From the NCBI GenBank assembly GCA_036172245.1, contig JAYWIR010000027.1, positions 558,001 to 622,000 on the forward strand: 64,000 nucleotides of DNA, read 5' to 3'. Position 1 is the stretch's first letter; every line of letters begins with the position of its first letter. Below are positions 52,901-64,000 of the stretch, one piece after another. The stretch is from Raillietiella orientalis (taxonomy: Eukaryota). The translations under genes and the position numbers were made by a program. Below the pieces are notes generated by a model that was not told the DNA's origin, ran no database searches, and was given only the letters and a program-made list of their open reading frames with translations.

Positions 52901-55030
52901 GCGTTTGATCTGCCACTGCCGCCTATGTTCTTCTCTCGGATGAACGTTCTGGCGTGACCTCCGCATCTCGGATTGCCGGGCTGCTTCCCCCAAACGAGGA
53001 AACGGGAATCTGCGCGGCGGGGGAGAGGACGGGTGGCCCTGGAGCCGGAGGGACTGCCCTCGGGAAGCAAAGAGGAGGGGGAGGGAGGGGAAGAACAGGC
53101 ACAGGAGGAAGGGAGAGGGGAAAGGAAATAAATGGGAAAGGACTGGCCTACTCGTCGTCGTCCCGAGAGGTTAGCGGTTCCCGAGATCGTGGATCGGGTC
53201 GCGGATACGGTTCCCTAGGGAATAGTAAGGGCGGGCGATGGACGGTGCGCTGGCAGCCTCCCAAGGGCTCTCCTGCTTCCCACCTGGACTGCTCCTTGCG
53301 GACGGTGGCCACTGCCAGTGGCTCTGCGGACGGCGACCGCACGCCTCCTCCGTTCGGGAGGTCACGGGCGGTGGGGAATCGCCCGTAGGGGGGTGGACAC
53401 TCCCTCGAGTGGGTCGCGCGGGGCGGCGTAAGACGACTGGGGTGCCTCGACGACGCTCTGGCACAGCCCTCCGCCTGCAGGGAGCGGGAACGACAGGGCT
53501 TCCACCACCCCGCAGCGGATGGCATCCCGCGGGGGCTCCTCCTCCCTCCCGCGGAGACGTGGAGGTTGCGGTGGCGGTGGCGGCCACCGATTGCTTGCTC
53601 CAGGGGAGACCACCCCACGCGCCCCCCCCTCCAGCGAGGATGAGGAGGCTTGCTGGCGCCAGAAGACGGCAGGAAGTCCACGGGGAAGCCCGGCATCCCG
53701 ACATCCCCACGGGCAATTCCCGGAAACGCGATCCACACCGCTGTGGGCCCTTCCCACTACCCGATGGACCGGGTGGCCCCTGCGTGGAACCCCCTGGGTT
53801 TAACACTGCAACAAGCCCGGAAAGTGCGGAGGCGTGGCTTACAGGGAGCGCAGACGCGGAAGTCCTGGTCCTGCGTGTTTAAAATGGGAGGGCATGGTCC
53901 CGTCGTGCTGTCCCACGACGGGATGCACCAGAGCCTTCTTTGTCGCGAGCATCCCGGCAAGGACTGCGGGAGCATCTTGAAACGTCCCGAAGCAGGGTCC
54001 TTGGTAATGCGGGCAGGGCCTCCGAAGGATGGAAGAAACGGGGTTGCGGAAGCTGCGGAACGGTTGCCGCGCGGACGCGTCTTGGGGAGGAGGCGAGGGC
54101 ATTCTCCAAGATGGAGAATCCCATCGGCAACGCGACCCAAGAAGGACCACCATAGTGCAAGGGCTTTTTTTTTTTTTTTCCAGTGCGAGGGCTTTTTCTC
54201 GAGCAGCGGAGGGACGTCGGAGGATGGTCGACCCGGTGCGATGCGTCCTTTTCTTTCTATTCCCCCCTTCCCCCTCCCCGCCGTCTACCCCCGTCGACCC
54301 TCCAGAAAATGCGAATCTGCGGGGACACTTGCCGGAATGAGACGAAGGCGGAGCACTTCTTGGGAGACGCAGGCAGCCTAGGAACTCGTACAGGTGCTGC
54401 CCTCTCAAGAGACGATGTCAAGTTCTCACAAGAGAGGGGGAGGGGGGAGTGGTCCGCGCGACCGGCACCTCTTTGGGGCTCTCTCCGGACGCTGCCGCTC
54501 CCCCTCGCGGAAGGGAATGGCGTGGGCACGCCCTGGGTTTGGCCCGTGCGGGAAGAGGCACGCGGAGAGGCATCTCGACGCGGGGCACGGCGAGGAGGGT
54601 CGAGGAGCCGCAGCTGCACTTCGATGACCTCAGAACCTTATGGAACCGGCCACGCGCGACCACGTGCGCGAGGTCAAGCTTTGTCCGCGGAACCGGGGAA
54701 CCGGCCTCCAGGTCGCGAGCAGGCGACGGAGCCACAAAGAACCGAGCGCCCCTCCCCGCCCCCCGTTCCGACCTTGGAAGGACCCTCCGCTCGCATGTGG
54801 TAGCGTCGTCTCCTGTCCCGTGACGCATGCGGATGGAGGGCGCGGCAGTCTGGAGGTGGTGGGTGCTCCGGGAAACCGCAGCGTCTGGGGCAGTCCGCTT
54901 TGCGGTGACCCGGAGACCCCCCGAAGAGGCGTGCCAGAACTCCTCTCGCGGAGCGATCCTGAATCCCCAGAAGGAGGGGGAACCGGGATCTCACAGGGAG
55001 AAGGGAGGGTCGATGACCAGAAGGGGGAGG
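49950..55030 (+). mobile_element. GC-rich block of degenerate Tx1/L1-like LINE pieces
   Basis: A 3'-UTR hairpin CGGCCTGCGGGCCG at ~52280 matches the family. Thumb-like SDLGRTLRSHVVASSP (~54770) and ILNPQKEG (~54960). No intact ORF, and orientation is not established throughout. Confidence 0.4.
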
Positions 55031-56625
55031 GTCGTGGGTTTCCGGTTCCCCTCTACCCTTTTAACCTCGCAGGACGACGCTGGTTGGCCTGCCGGCTTCG
55101 GGTGCGGCATCAGTGGAAACCCCTGTTGACAGCCCGGGATTCGGAAGTTGATCCTCCTCCGGGGTGCTTCCAGGACATCACGGAGCCCTTCGTGATTCCC
55201 TTACGGTTAAGAAAATGGGGCCGTCCCTTCCCCCTTCTTAGGGGGGGAGGATCCTCCATCGCGTGTTTCGGAGCTATTGGATCGATGATGCCTCTCCAGA
55301 GCGCTTTGCTCCCTTAGGGGTTCTCTCCAGAGGAGAAGAAACAGGGAGTTGCAGGTTCCCTCCGGACAGAAATTCGGGAGAGGATTCTTTCCGACTTACC
55401 CGCGGAGAAGGAATGAGTGACCCCCTTCGGAGACAATCAGGGCGAAGGTTCCTTCCGGGGTCCCTTCCAGGCGTGGGAGGAACAGAGACTCTCTCCTTCA
55501 GAGGTTTCATATTGTGGTCCCTCCCGGGGTACTCCCTACGACTTGAGTCCGGAAATGCTGCAGCCACCGCTGCACTCCTACAGCAACCGCTCGCTACAGG
55601 ACGTCATCGTGCAGTCCACCACGTGTGCATGGGTGCAAAGAACCTCCCTAGCCGCGGCACTGCCCTTCCTCAGGGAGTACCTGGGCAGTAACCAGCTGGC
55701 CAAATGGGAGGGCAGTTGCGAAATCAGTCAGAAGACCAGGGAACTAGGTGGTTGCACCATCACCAGCTCACGGATGCTGCGACTCCAGGTTTCGGAAGAA
55801 CTATTACTCTCGGGAGAGCTGCTGGGGATCAGGAAGACGTCGAGTGGGTCCCAGCGCTAAGGAGTAACCGGGCCCTCCTCCTGAAGTGGCAGAAGTTGGC
55901 ACTCCTACTGAGCACTGGGACTTCCCGTGCAACTCTTGCCGGTCTCACTGGACCCGAAGGGTTGCGGACCTCAGCTGTTGCAGGTGTGGGAAACGGGAAT
56001 CCCTCCCGCACCTGCTTTTAAACTGTGTTGCCCTTCCAGCCCCTGTGGTTGCTCTACTCAACGGCTCTTGGTGCTGCGACGGACAATCCCAGGGACGTGA
56101 TGAAGCGCCTCTTCGTGCGCGATGCCCCTTCGTCTGCCACATCCCCAGCAGCTCTTTGCTGCTGCCTACTCAATATTGAGTCGGCCTGGAGAGACGCCAA
56201 TGGAGAAGGACGGTGCGATAACGATGCCATCTGCTTCGCCCTAAGCTTCCTGAGGACGGCAGCAAGGTGGCCCTATCTGGGGCATCCTCGGGTGGAACTT
56301 GCCAGCATCCTGAAAAGGATATAGAGGACGCCCTCCAGCGGACTGCGATCCCTTCCCGTGTCCCCCAGAGTTTTTTTATTGACTTTTATTTTTATTTCTG
56401 TTTGCCCCTTCGCTGCAGAGGAGAACCTTACCTGCTTGCATGCCGGTTACTCGGCAGGTTCCGAGCATTTTCGGATGATATAGGGCCGATGACCCTACAC
56501 ATGTATGTTTATTATTTTTTATAATAAACGTCCGGGCGTGACCGGGTGATGAACCCTACGACTTGAGGAATGAACGCTCAGTACCCTCGGGTGGAGTAGA
56601 CGGTGTTTAAAGAGCTTCGTGAGTT
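55030..56625 (+). mobile_element. SINE-like family copy 4, interrupted by a LINE at 55548-56553
   Basis: 55030-55547 aligns with copies 3, 5 and 6. The family tail TACCCTCGGGTG resumes at 56583. Confidence 0.7.
55548..56553 (+). mobile_element. 5'-truncated Tx1/L1-like LINE (copy F) with 14-bp TSD
   Basis: CCRCGKRESLPHLLLNC, 3' UTR, AATAAA and terminal hairpin. Flanked by CCCTACGACTTGAG at 55534-55547 and 56554-56567. Confidence 0.85.
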
Positions 56626-56629
56626 CCTC

Positions 56630-59220
56630 CTCCCCTCGCTACTCCTGCGCCTCGAGCACATGACGATAGTCGGTTGCAGCCTGTAGTCGCGACCACTGCG
56701 CCGGCCAGGAGTCTGCCGCAGCAGGTCACGGGAGGTGTCCACCTGGCGCAAGCGGCGCTGGTGCAGCGACCTTCGCCACAGTTCCCAGAGGGCACCACAG
56801 TCCGAAAATAGGTGCGGTGGGATCAACCCCGCCGACCCACACCTGACCTGCACAGTTACGGTGTGCAGCTAACCGAAGGCGAGGTGGTGCAGGAGCCACT
56901 CGCGCTGGAAGCGCCAGGACAGAAGGAGCAGCACGGCCTGCCTCGAGCTCAAGGGCAACACGGAAGTGTTTAGGCACAGATGAAGCACCACGAGTAGTTC
57001 AGTGGGAGGGGGCACCCTCGGCAGTTCGGAACACTGGCGTAGTCCTTTTGCCACAGACTGAGGAGTGGCCCACGTCGGAGGTTATGTGGCTGCGGTCTCT
57101 GAGTGAGGTACCGAGAGTCGCGGGTTCGGATCCCGCCCGGGGAAAGATCGATGCCAGAGTGAAACGAACGCGTCGTGGGTTCGAGTTCCCTCCACAAGAT
57201 GACTCTGGTTGACCTGTAGGCTTCGGGTGCAGCGCTGGTGACTGATGAAACCGGATGTCTCTGATGAGTGGCCGGGACCATAGGAGTCAAACCTCCGGAT
57301 CCTTACAGGAATCGAGGAGCCCTTCGGGGTTCTCCCCCTTTGACTATCCAAATAGGGCCGTCCCTCGCTCCCCTCTTCGGGATTGATCTTCCACCGCGTT
57401 CCATGGAGCTGGTGGATCGGTAACACCTCTCCAGAATGCAAGAAGCGCTCTGCATTCGGGAAGCGCCCTTCAGAGGAAATTGGGAAGCATCCCTCCGGGG
57501 GATTCTCTCCAGAGGAGGAAACCAGGAAAGCAGTTCCTTTCCAGGGGATCCCTCCGGAGAAGAAACAAAGGAGCGGTCCCCACAAACTGGGGATTCCCTC
57601 CGGAGAGAATACGGGAGAGGTGGTTCCCTTCAGGGGTCCCTCCCAGGCGTGATGCGTGATAGACGTGAAAGGAATGGACTCCCTTCCTCACACTTTTGGA
57701 TCCAAAGGGTGGTCACCTTCCGGGGTGTCCCCCATCTTGAATGAGACCAGGAGCTCGCTCGTCTTCCGGCCTCCCAGGAGTTTCGCCTTCCCCGCAATGG
57801 TTCGCCGGCGGACCACTGTCGTCTCTTGCCCTCAGTGCAGGCAGCCCTGTGGCTAGAGGTGAGGCGTTCGGGGAGGGTGACCTCGTCGAGCCCTGCAGTA
57901 CTTCTCTTGAGGGATGGCAGAGGGCGAGGTTCCACCGGGTGCACCCTACCTGGAACGCAGCCTGGGACGCAACTCGTTTCCTGACGCCGATCCCGGGAGC
58001 CCGGAGGGCGGCGGGAGATCCGCCGCCCTACGGGCTCCCAGGAGCAAGGCGATTTGCGCCAGCGGGAAGCCAAATCCTCGCATCCCGTGCCGGCAGCTCG
58101 GCACCAACGCCAGGAGTCCTTCGCCGACGGAGCATTCCCGGAAGATGAGGCGCGCGCACCACGGGGAAGTCCACAGCTGGAGACGAGGAGGAGGGGGAGG
58201 AGGAAGGGAGGAAACGCACAGAACCGCTGCGCCTACATCCCGATTTTCTAAGGGGTCAGGGAGCTTGAGCCGCCTCCACGTCTTAGAGGCTCGGACCTTG
58301 GATCTTGCAGGTTCCCGGAGGGCGTTGAGCGACGGGGGTTGCTCCCAGCACTTGGCCAAACAGGGGGGTGGAAGGGTGCGCGGAGATGCGAGGAGGCTGA
58401 CGCGAGGGAGGGAAGCGGCCGTTGTCGATCCCGGAGATCTAGGATTTCGTCCGCAGGGGAAGCGGGCGGAGGAGGAAGGGAAAGCCCTCCGGGTGAGAAG
58501 GACGGGCGAGTCTATCGTCTTCTTGACCTAGAGAGTCCTTAACCAAGGACGCGCGTCTCGTCGACCGGCGCCGGAGCTCCCGAAGCCGGCTCGAAGAGTG
58601 CCCCTTCCCGCCCATGCAAGAGAGTGGGTGGGGCGACCACTTCCGCGGTTGACCTGGCGTCACCCTCTGAATGGCAGGTTGGCTCGTGGCGCCGACCCAC
58701 TTCTGCTGGACCGGAAACAAGGGGGGAAAGGGAAGACCACGAGTGGCGTGTTGCTTAGGTCGCCGTCCCGCGCCTCCCCTAGCAACCCAGAGAGCTCTAA
58801 TCCCCGAAGTTTTTTCTTCCTTTCCGGAAGTTGCACGCGAACCGCCTCATGGAGATCCCCCCTCGTTGATGACGCTAGCCGATAGGCATCCTTTGACCTT
58901 GACTTTCCCTTTCATTCCGCGTTTGATCTCGGCTTCTGATTCCGCGTCTCGGGCCAGTCCCGCTTTCTTTCCAGCATCATCACTTCCTCCTCCGTTCGTC
59001 CCGCTCCGAAGGGGCACATGCGCGTGCATTACTGCGCGCGCATCTGGCGGACAAGGAGCAGGAGAGGACAAGAAGCGAGAGGTCACCCGCGGAAAGGTTT
59101 CCGATCCACGGGAGGCTCCCTGCACTGCCCCACATCCCCGTCTCGAGCCCCCATCAGAACGACTTCGGTCCCTTTCCCCCTTCCCCCTGTCTAAATGGAC
59201 TCGTCCTCGTTGGTGACTTT
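56630..59220 (-). mobile_element. Degenerate Tx1/L1-like LINE (copy G), interrupted by SINE copy 5
   Basis: RCG...PHLFSDCGALW zinc-motif remnant (~56790-56850) and thumb-like SKTWRRLKL and RGFGFP (58060-58300). Confidence 0.5.
57074..57740 (+). mobile_element. SINE-like family copy 5 with best-preserved tRNA-like head
   Basis: T-arm GCGGG-TTCGGAT-CCCGC (57120-57136). A GG lies 36 nt upstream of the B-box G. Acceptor-like TCGG/CCGG pairing and an anticodon-like TCTC/GAGA stem are present. Confidence 0.75.
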
Positions 59221-60941
59221 TGTTCGGTCGCCCTGGAGCGTTTGCTGCAAAAATAAATAAATAAAGAAACTGTCAAAATAGAAATACAAAAAAAGAAAAA
59301 GAAAAAAACAAGGTGACTTCTCCGTAGGGCATTCCCATTCCACTACCTCCGTGAGGGAGTTCTATTCCCCACAACGTCAGCAAGAGCCCCTCACTATCCA
59401 CACTAGGAAGCATGGAGGATAGTGCCGGCAAAATGGCTTCCACAGTTCCACTACTACAGGCCGCTTCCGACAAGAAGGTGTTGCGGCTTACGCCTCCGCA
59501 GCAGCCCCGGAAGCACCTCCTCCTGCCCGCGTCCGTGGAGAAGGAGAAAACCACCAAAGCAACGAGAACGAACGCGAAATTTCGCAGCCTTTCGCTATTC
59601 CCCCGAGGAAGACGTGAGGTCTGCTTGCACGAGGTCTCTTTTCGCGACAGTTCCTTTGAGACCCGCCTAATCTCACTCCACAGCGACGGGAAACTTGTCT
59701 TCAGAGATTACAATACTCATGTTCCCTACCTGAAAGAAAAAAAATAATAATAAAAGACACTGAAATCAAATTTCAGTATGGAATTACATCTACATATCCC
59801 AAGGCAACATGCCGAACTGCACTCTGCCTTTTCTCACACTGCATCTCGACTAGAACTCCTGACCAAAATTTATTGCCCAGAAAATTGTTCTCTAAGTGGT
59901 CAAAACGATGATATACAAACGCTAAAGAATGACTTCGATTATCTGGCACTCCTTACAAACGAGTTTTCTTTACTAACCCTTTGGGTGCGGAGCTCATCAG
60001 ATTGCAACGTTCCGTGTTGAGTCACAGAAGGACGGAACGCTTTTTCGCGCACCGCGTGCTCCATCGAAGTACCGACTCACTGCATAAAGTGCTCATTCAT
60101 TGTAATTGTTTATGTACACCACATTAAATGAAATATTTCCATTTTTTTCCAAACACATATTATGTATTTAAAAGTTGTGATTATGATTCGAAGAAATTCG
60201 TTCACATTTTTCAAGATATCGCAAAGATGAAAAACGGCATAACAAATTACATGCCACACCGAGAGAAATCGTTGGCCGATATAAAAATAGAATTTCGTTT
60301 ACTGTCGTTGCCAAGGGAACTGTAAGAACGTGAGTGGATGCGTCGTCCACCTCAAACACGAATAGTGCTAATTTGTGCCGCGTGTACAATGTGAAAGCAC
60401 TTGCCAAACCCATAGACACGTCCGCAGTCCACGTCGATGGTTTTTGTGGGACGCATCTACGTGTCCATAGCACTCAAAGGGCTAATGGGTCCAGTTTCCA
60501 TCGCGATCAAGGAATCTCAACAGTGACTCAACAGTCACGTCCAGCCTCAATCTCTATCAGATGATTAGCAACATTTTTCTGAAGATAAAATCAAACGCTA
60601 CCGTAATTAAACCTCCTTGAAATCCACATTTGATTTTAATTGTGTTGATTGTTCGGGTTCACGTTTCCTCCCAGAAGGTTAGCCACAGAAAGTACAAGTT
60701 CACGTTTTCCACGTAAGATAACAGCACTGCATTTCTCTTCTTGAGTAGAGGGAAGCTCAAGAACAATTTCCTCTGAAGCATCTGCCATGAACGAGACTCT
60801 GTTTGGGAAAAAATGGAACTTTCTGCTCAATCAAACGATTACCTCCAGTACAGCGGGGTAAGAGAGAAAGAAGAAGGAGTCTGCAGCACAGAATCACTGC
60901 TCTCAGAGCAAAGGTAACTTGGCAACGAAATGAGTCTAGGC

Positions 60942-61235
60942 CAGGGTTTCCCAAGCTTTCCCCATGACGGAACAGAAATTCACAAATCCTGAAATTTTAA
61001 CGGAATGCCCTTGGTTATGGTATAGGGTAGGAAGATATTCATAATAAATAAATTAAGCAAGTAAATGTAAGACTCAAGGAAACAACACGAACATTTGTCC
61101 TCAAATTTCGATAATGCAAAATAAAACACATGAAAACAGTGAAGTAAACTCAATAGCATTTGAAAGGTAGTAAGTTTCATAATTTTCCACAGAACACTTG
61201 CTGACTTTCCTCGGAACACGGTTTGGGAAACGCTG
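60942..61235. mobile_element. hAT (Charlie/Buster-type) MITE, 294 bp
   Basis: TIRs CAGGGTTTCCCAA / TTGGGAAACGCTG (12/13 match). 8-bp TSD GTCTAGGC (60934-60941) / GTCTAGGT (61236-61243). AT-rich non-coding interior. Confidence 0.88.
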
Positions 61236-62199
61236 GTCTAGGTCAACGTATTCCAGCCTTATGTGCCTTCCTTGTGACCTGGAAGCTCGAAACCAAGGCT
61301 TCCCGCTTCTGCTCCGCTTGCTGGAAAGTCGGGGAGGAAGGTGTGCAGGACAGGAGAAAAACAAGGGCCGTTTTAAAATCATGTTATAAAAACATGACAA
61401 ATGACACCTAAAGGCTATTAATAACGGCCTCAGCACAATGAAATCCTAAATTTAAGGAATCCATTTCTGCCACGTTTATCGGAAACAAAATGTTCCAAAT
61501 GAGATCTCTTTTATATACATACATACGTACATACAGGAAAATTCTAATTATCAGATGAGTATGTTAAGCTTTCAGAGTTAGTACATCTTCCGATTAATCT
61601 TAAGATCCTTATTTCTACACTGCACAGTTTTTAATTTACATTGTATTGGTATAGGTGCAATACATTTATTTACTGTAAACTAGATTACCTCGTTACCCCA
61701 CCCTTTTTACCTATTCTTTGAGAACTCCAACCAGTGATGTTTTTTTTTGCATTACCTATTGACCATTATCATATTTTAGATTTTAGAATGTTTATCCACG
61801 AATCAAAGGTATTCATTTAATGGTATTTTATGAACCAAAGGATATCTTTACTCCTTCTCAAAGATACGACTATAAATGTGGCATTTTATGCTTGGGGCAA
61901 TATAAATATATTCGATGAAATAACGATCAGTTAATCAATTAAATACCAACCATGCGATTTAAAATATAATAATAACTATCTGATTGGTGAGTGAAAATAT
62001 TGCGGGAGAAACTCAATCATCCTCACCACAAGCAAATGATTCCGCCCATGCATTGCAGCTGGTCTTCGGCGGTAGCTGCAAGAAACTTTGCACAGTAGCA
62101 GCATCGTGGACTATGAGGTCACAGAGCCGCGATTATAGCTAGCTACAATTAAGTACCTAATACTCCTCCTGAGCGAAGGTGGGACACCATAGTTATGGT

Positions 62200-63100
62200 G
62201 ATGCTTTCATTCCCAAACTGGGAAAATAGTGATGAAAAAGGTGAACACCAATGTTTCGAACACCCAGAGAAGCTCTGACATCAATGCTTTGTCAGTATGG
62301 TGGGATGCAAAGGACGAGGAAGCAATGAAGCAAGGCAAGTAGCATTCCGTGTGGGAGCGGAGGCTTCCGTGGCGACCACTAGCGCGTGCTTCGATACCTC
62401 CCCCAGGAAAAGAAGCCATAGAAGGCAGAAGTGCGACTGGTTAAGGACGTGGATGGAGTCTGGGCGTTCATGATGGACGGCTAGTAAATATGCGCGCGTT
62501 GAAAGAAGGGAGGGGGCATTCTTTACTCGGTCCAACCTCCAAAACTCCAACTCCGAAAACACCAAGACCAGAGTTGCCTTCGTAAGCGGCGACTCTGTAG
62601 ACACCGACATCTCGCGCCAGTGGGCAACTTCGTTGAAGAAGTCGAAAAAGCACAAATGAAGGAGTGCTGAAGAGGACGTCCGGCAATGCAGAGGTGTTCC
62701 TACCTTTCCTCAGACTCGAAGCTCCACTCCTAAAAAAAACCATCCAGCAATCTGGAAGTGGCTTTCCCAGTTTTGCGAAGTACGAGGAATCATCCAGATC
62801 GGGATCCTGGAGGAAGAGCACCCAGGTCGGGAGTATCTCGGGATCAGATGAAGCAGGGAGCATGCAACCCTTTGAACAGGCGGCTTTTCCAAAAGGGTGT
62901 GCACAATGGCGTGCAGGCAGCATCCAGACTTACGCGTGGGGGGTGGAGTTCACGTACTCCGGTCACCGAACAGTTGTGTGCTTTCCGGGGACACTGCAGC
63001 GAGTGTGGCAAGCCGGTCACGTGGGGTGGGGTGGGCAGGGAAGGCCCGTGGTGCTGCCTTTTCCTTTTCCTAAAGGCCAGCCACGTGACAAGAGAAGGCC
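62200..63100 (+). mobile_element. Possible degenerate LINE ORF2 fragment
   Basis: HPAIWKWLSQF and GSWRKSTQV resemble the pre-RT/domain 1 region. Weak. Confidence 0.3.
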
Positions 63101-63104
63101 GTAA

Positions 63105-63790
63105 GCACCACGAGTGGGTTTCGAGTCCCCTCGAAAGATGACGCTGGGTGGACCACGGGCTTCGAGTGGACACTGGTGGAAGAAGCCGGAAACCGGATGC
63201 CTCCGCTGACTGGCCAGGAATGGAAGTTGACCCTCCGGGGTCCTTCCAGGAATGGAGGAGCCCTTCGGGGTTCCCTCCTGTTGCGAAATTGGACCCGTCC
63301 CCCTCCTCCTTTGAAGAAGCAGGGGCCCTTCGTCTCGTAACAAGGAGCCGATTGATACCTTCGGAGGGTTGCCTCTCCAGAGTGTAAGAAGCGCGCTGCT
63401 CCCTTCGAGGAGAGGTCTTCAGAGAAATGGGGAAGTGTCCCTTCTGGGTTCTCTTCGGAGGAGCAAAGAGGGAGTGCTTCCCTGCCTCCAGAGAAGAAAT
63501 TCCAGGGGTGTGCATCCTTTCCCCGGGTTCCCTTCGGAGAAGAACCAGGGTGTCTAGATTCAGGACCAGGGTAATGGAGTATCTTCCTCCGGGGGACCCT
63601 TCCGGAGAAAACAAGGAAGATGTTCTTCACTTCGAGGTTTCCCTCCCAAGCGCAAGAGAGGAACGAACTCCTAACTGCGAAGGCTTCTTGGATTTGTAGG
63701 GTGGTCCCTCCGGGGTCACCCCCTATAACTTGAAAAGTTACACGTACCCTCGGGTGATGTGGGCAGCGGTCATGAAGAGTTTCGAGACTC
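63105..63790 (+). mobile_element. SINE-like family copy 6
   Basis: GTGGGTTTCGAGTCCCCTCGAAAGATGACGCTGG, GGAAGTGTCCCTTCTGGGTTCTCTTC (identical at 27099), subrepeats and tail CCCCTATAACTTGAAAAG...TACCCTCGGGTGATGTGG. Confidence 0.75.
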
Positions 63791-64000
63791 ACCCCTGAGA
63801 AGGCAGGCGGCTCTCCAGCACTCCTTGAGGGAGCAGCAGACCCCAGGCAAAATTGCTGAGCAAGAAAAAATCGGGAAAAACAGCAATGCACCAAGGAAAG
63901 TGTCCGCCTCGCCAAAGTGTTCCAGAAAGAAAAGCATACAGAAGCGAAGGACGTTGGGGAAGGAACTGGAGAAAAAAAGCCACCAGGCTCTCCTGCCTGA

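Noticed and set aside
49987..55317. Long overlapping ORFs (e.g. 387, 307, 243 aa) as novel genes
   Set aside because: They are Arg/Gly/Pro-rich, open on both strands and lack domains, as expected from GC-rich decayed repeats.
57074..57141. Functional tRNA gene
   Set aside because: The A-box and acceptor stem are degenerate, the anticodon loop is oversized, there is no T-run terminator, and it continues into repeat body.
57242..57270. Hammerhead-like words GAAAC-CGGAT-GTC-T-CTGATGAG inside the SINE
   Set aside because: Only one nucleotide separates GTC from CTGATGA, so stem I cannot form. CTGATGA is also not conserved in the other copies.

Overview
This is eukaryotic (animal) genomic DNA, not prokaryotic. 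An AT-rich central island (~28-44 kb) holds three intron-containing genes that I reconstructed exon by exon. They are RNPC3/U11-U12 65K (+, 7 exons, 482 aa), an RNF207-like RING/B-box protein (+, 11 exons, 777 aa) and a TatD/TATDN2-like nuclease (-, 4 exons, ~437 aa). Most introns are 39-63 nt, several with TTTCAG acceptors. Together with a minor-spliceosome gene this would fit a basal (clade I) nematode, but that is inference. The rest is a nested transposon graveyard: a decayed KIAA1586-like hAT transposase, two RLE-type (NeSL/Utopia-like) non-LTR retrotransposon copies, many 5'-truncated L1/Tx1-like LINE fragments, a hAT MITE and a probable piggyBac remnant. The most notable unannotated system is a ~700-bp tRNA-headed SINE-like family (at least 6 copies in 64 kb) entangled with the Tx1-like LINE. 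One SINE copy is split by a LINE with a perfect 14-bp TSD and another shows twin-priming inversion geometry. The LINE 3' ends share a terminal stem-loop and mostly an AA|CC junction. Most short ORFs in the supplied track are spurious frames over GC-rich repeat DNA. TE boundaries are by eye and approximate.
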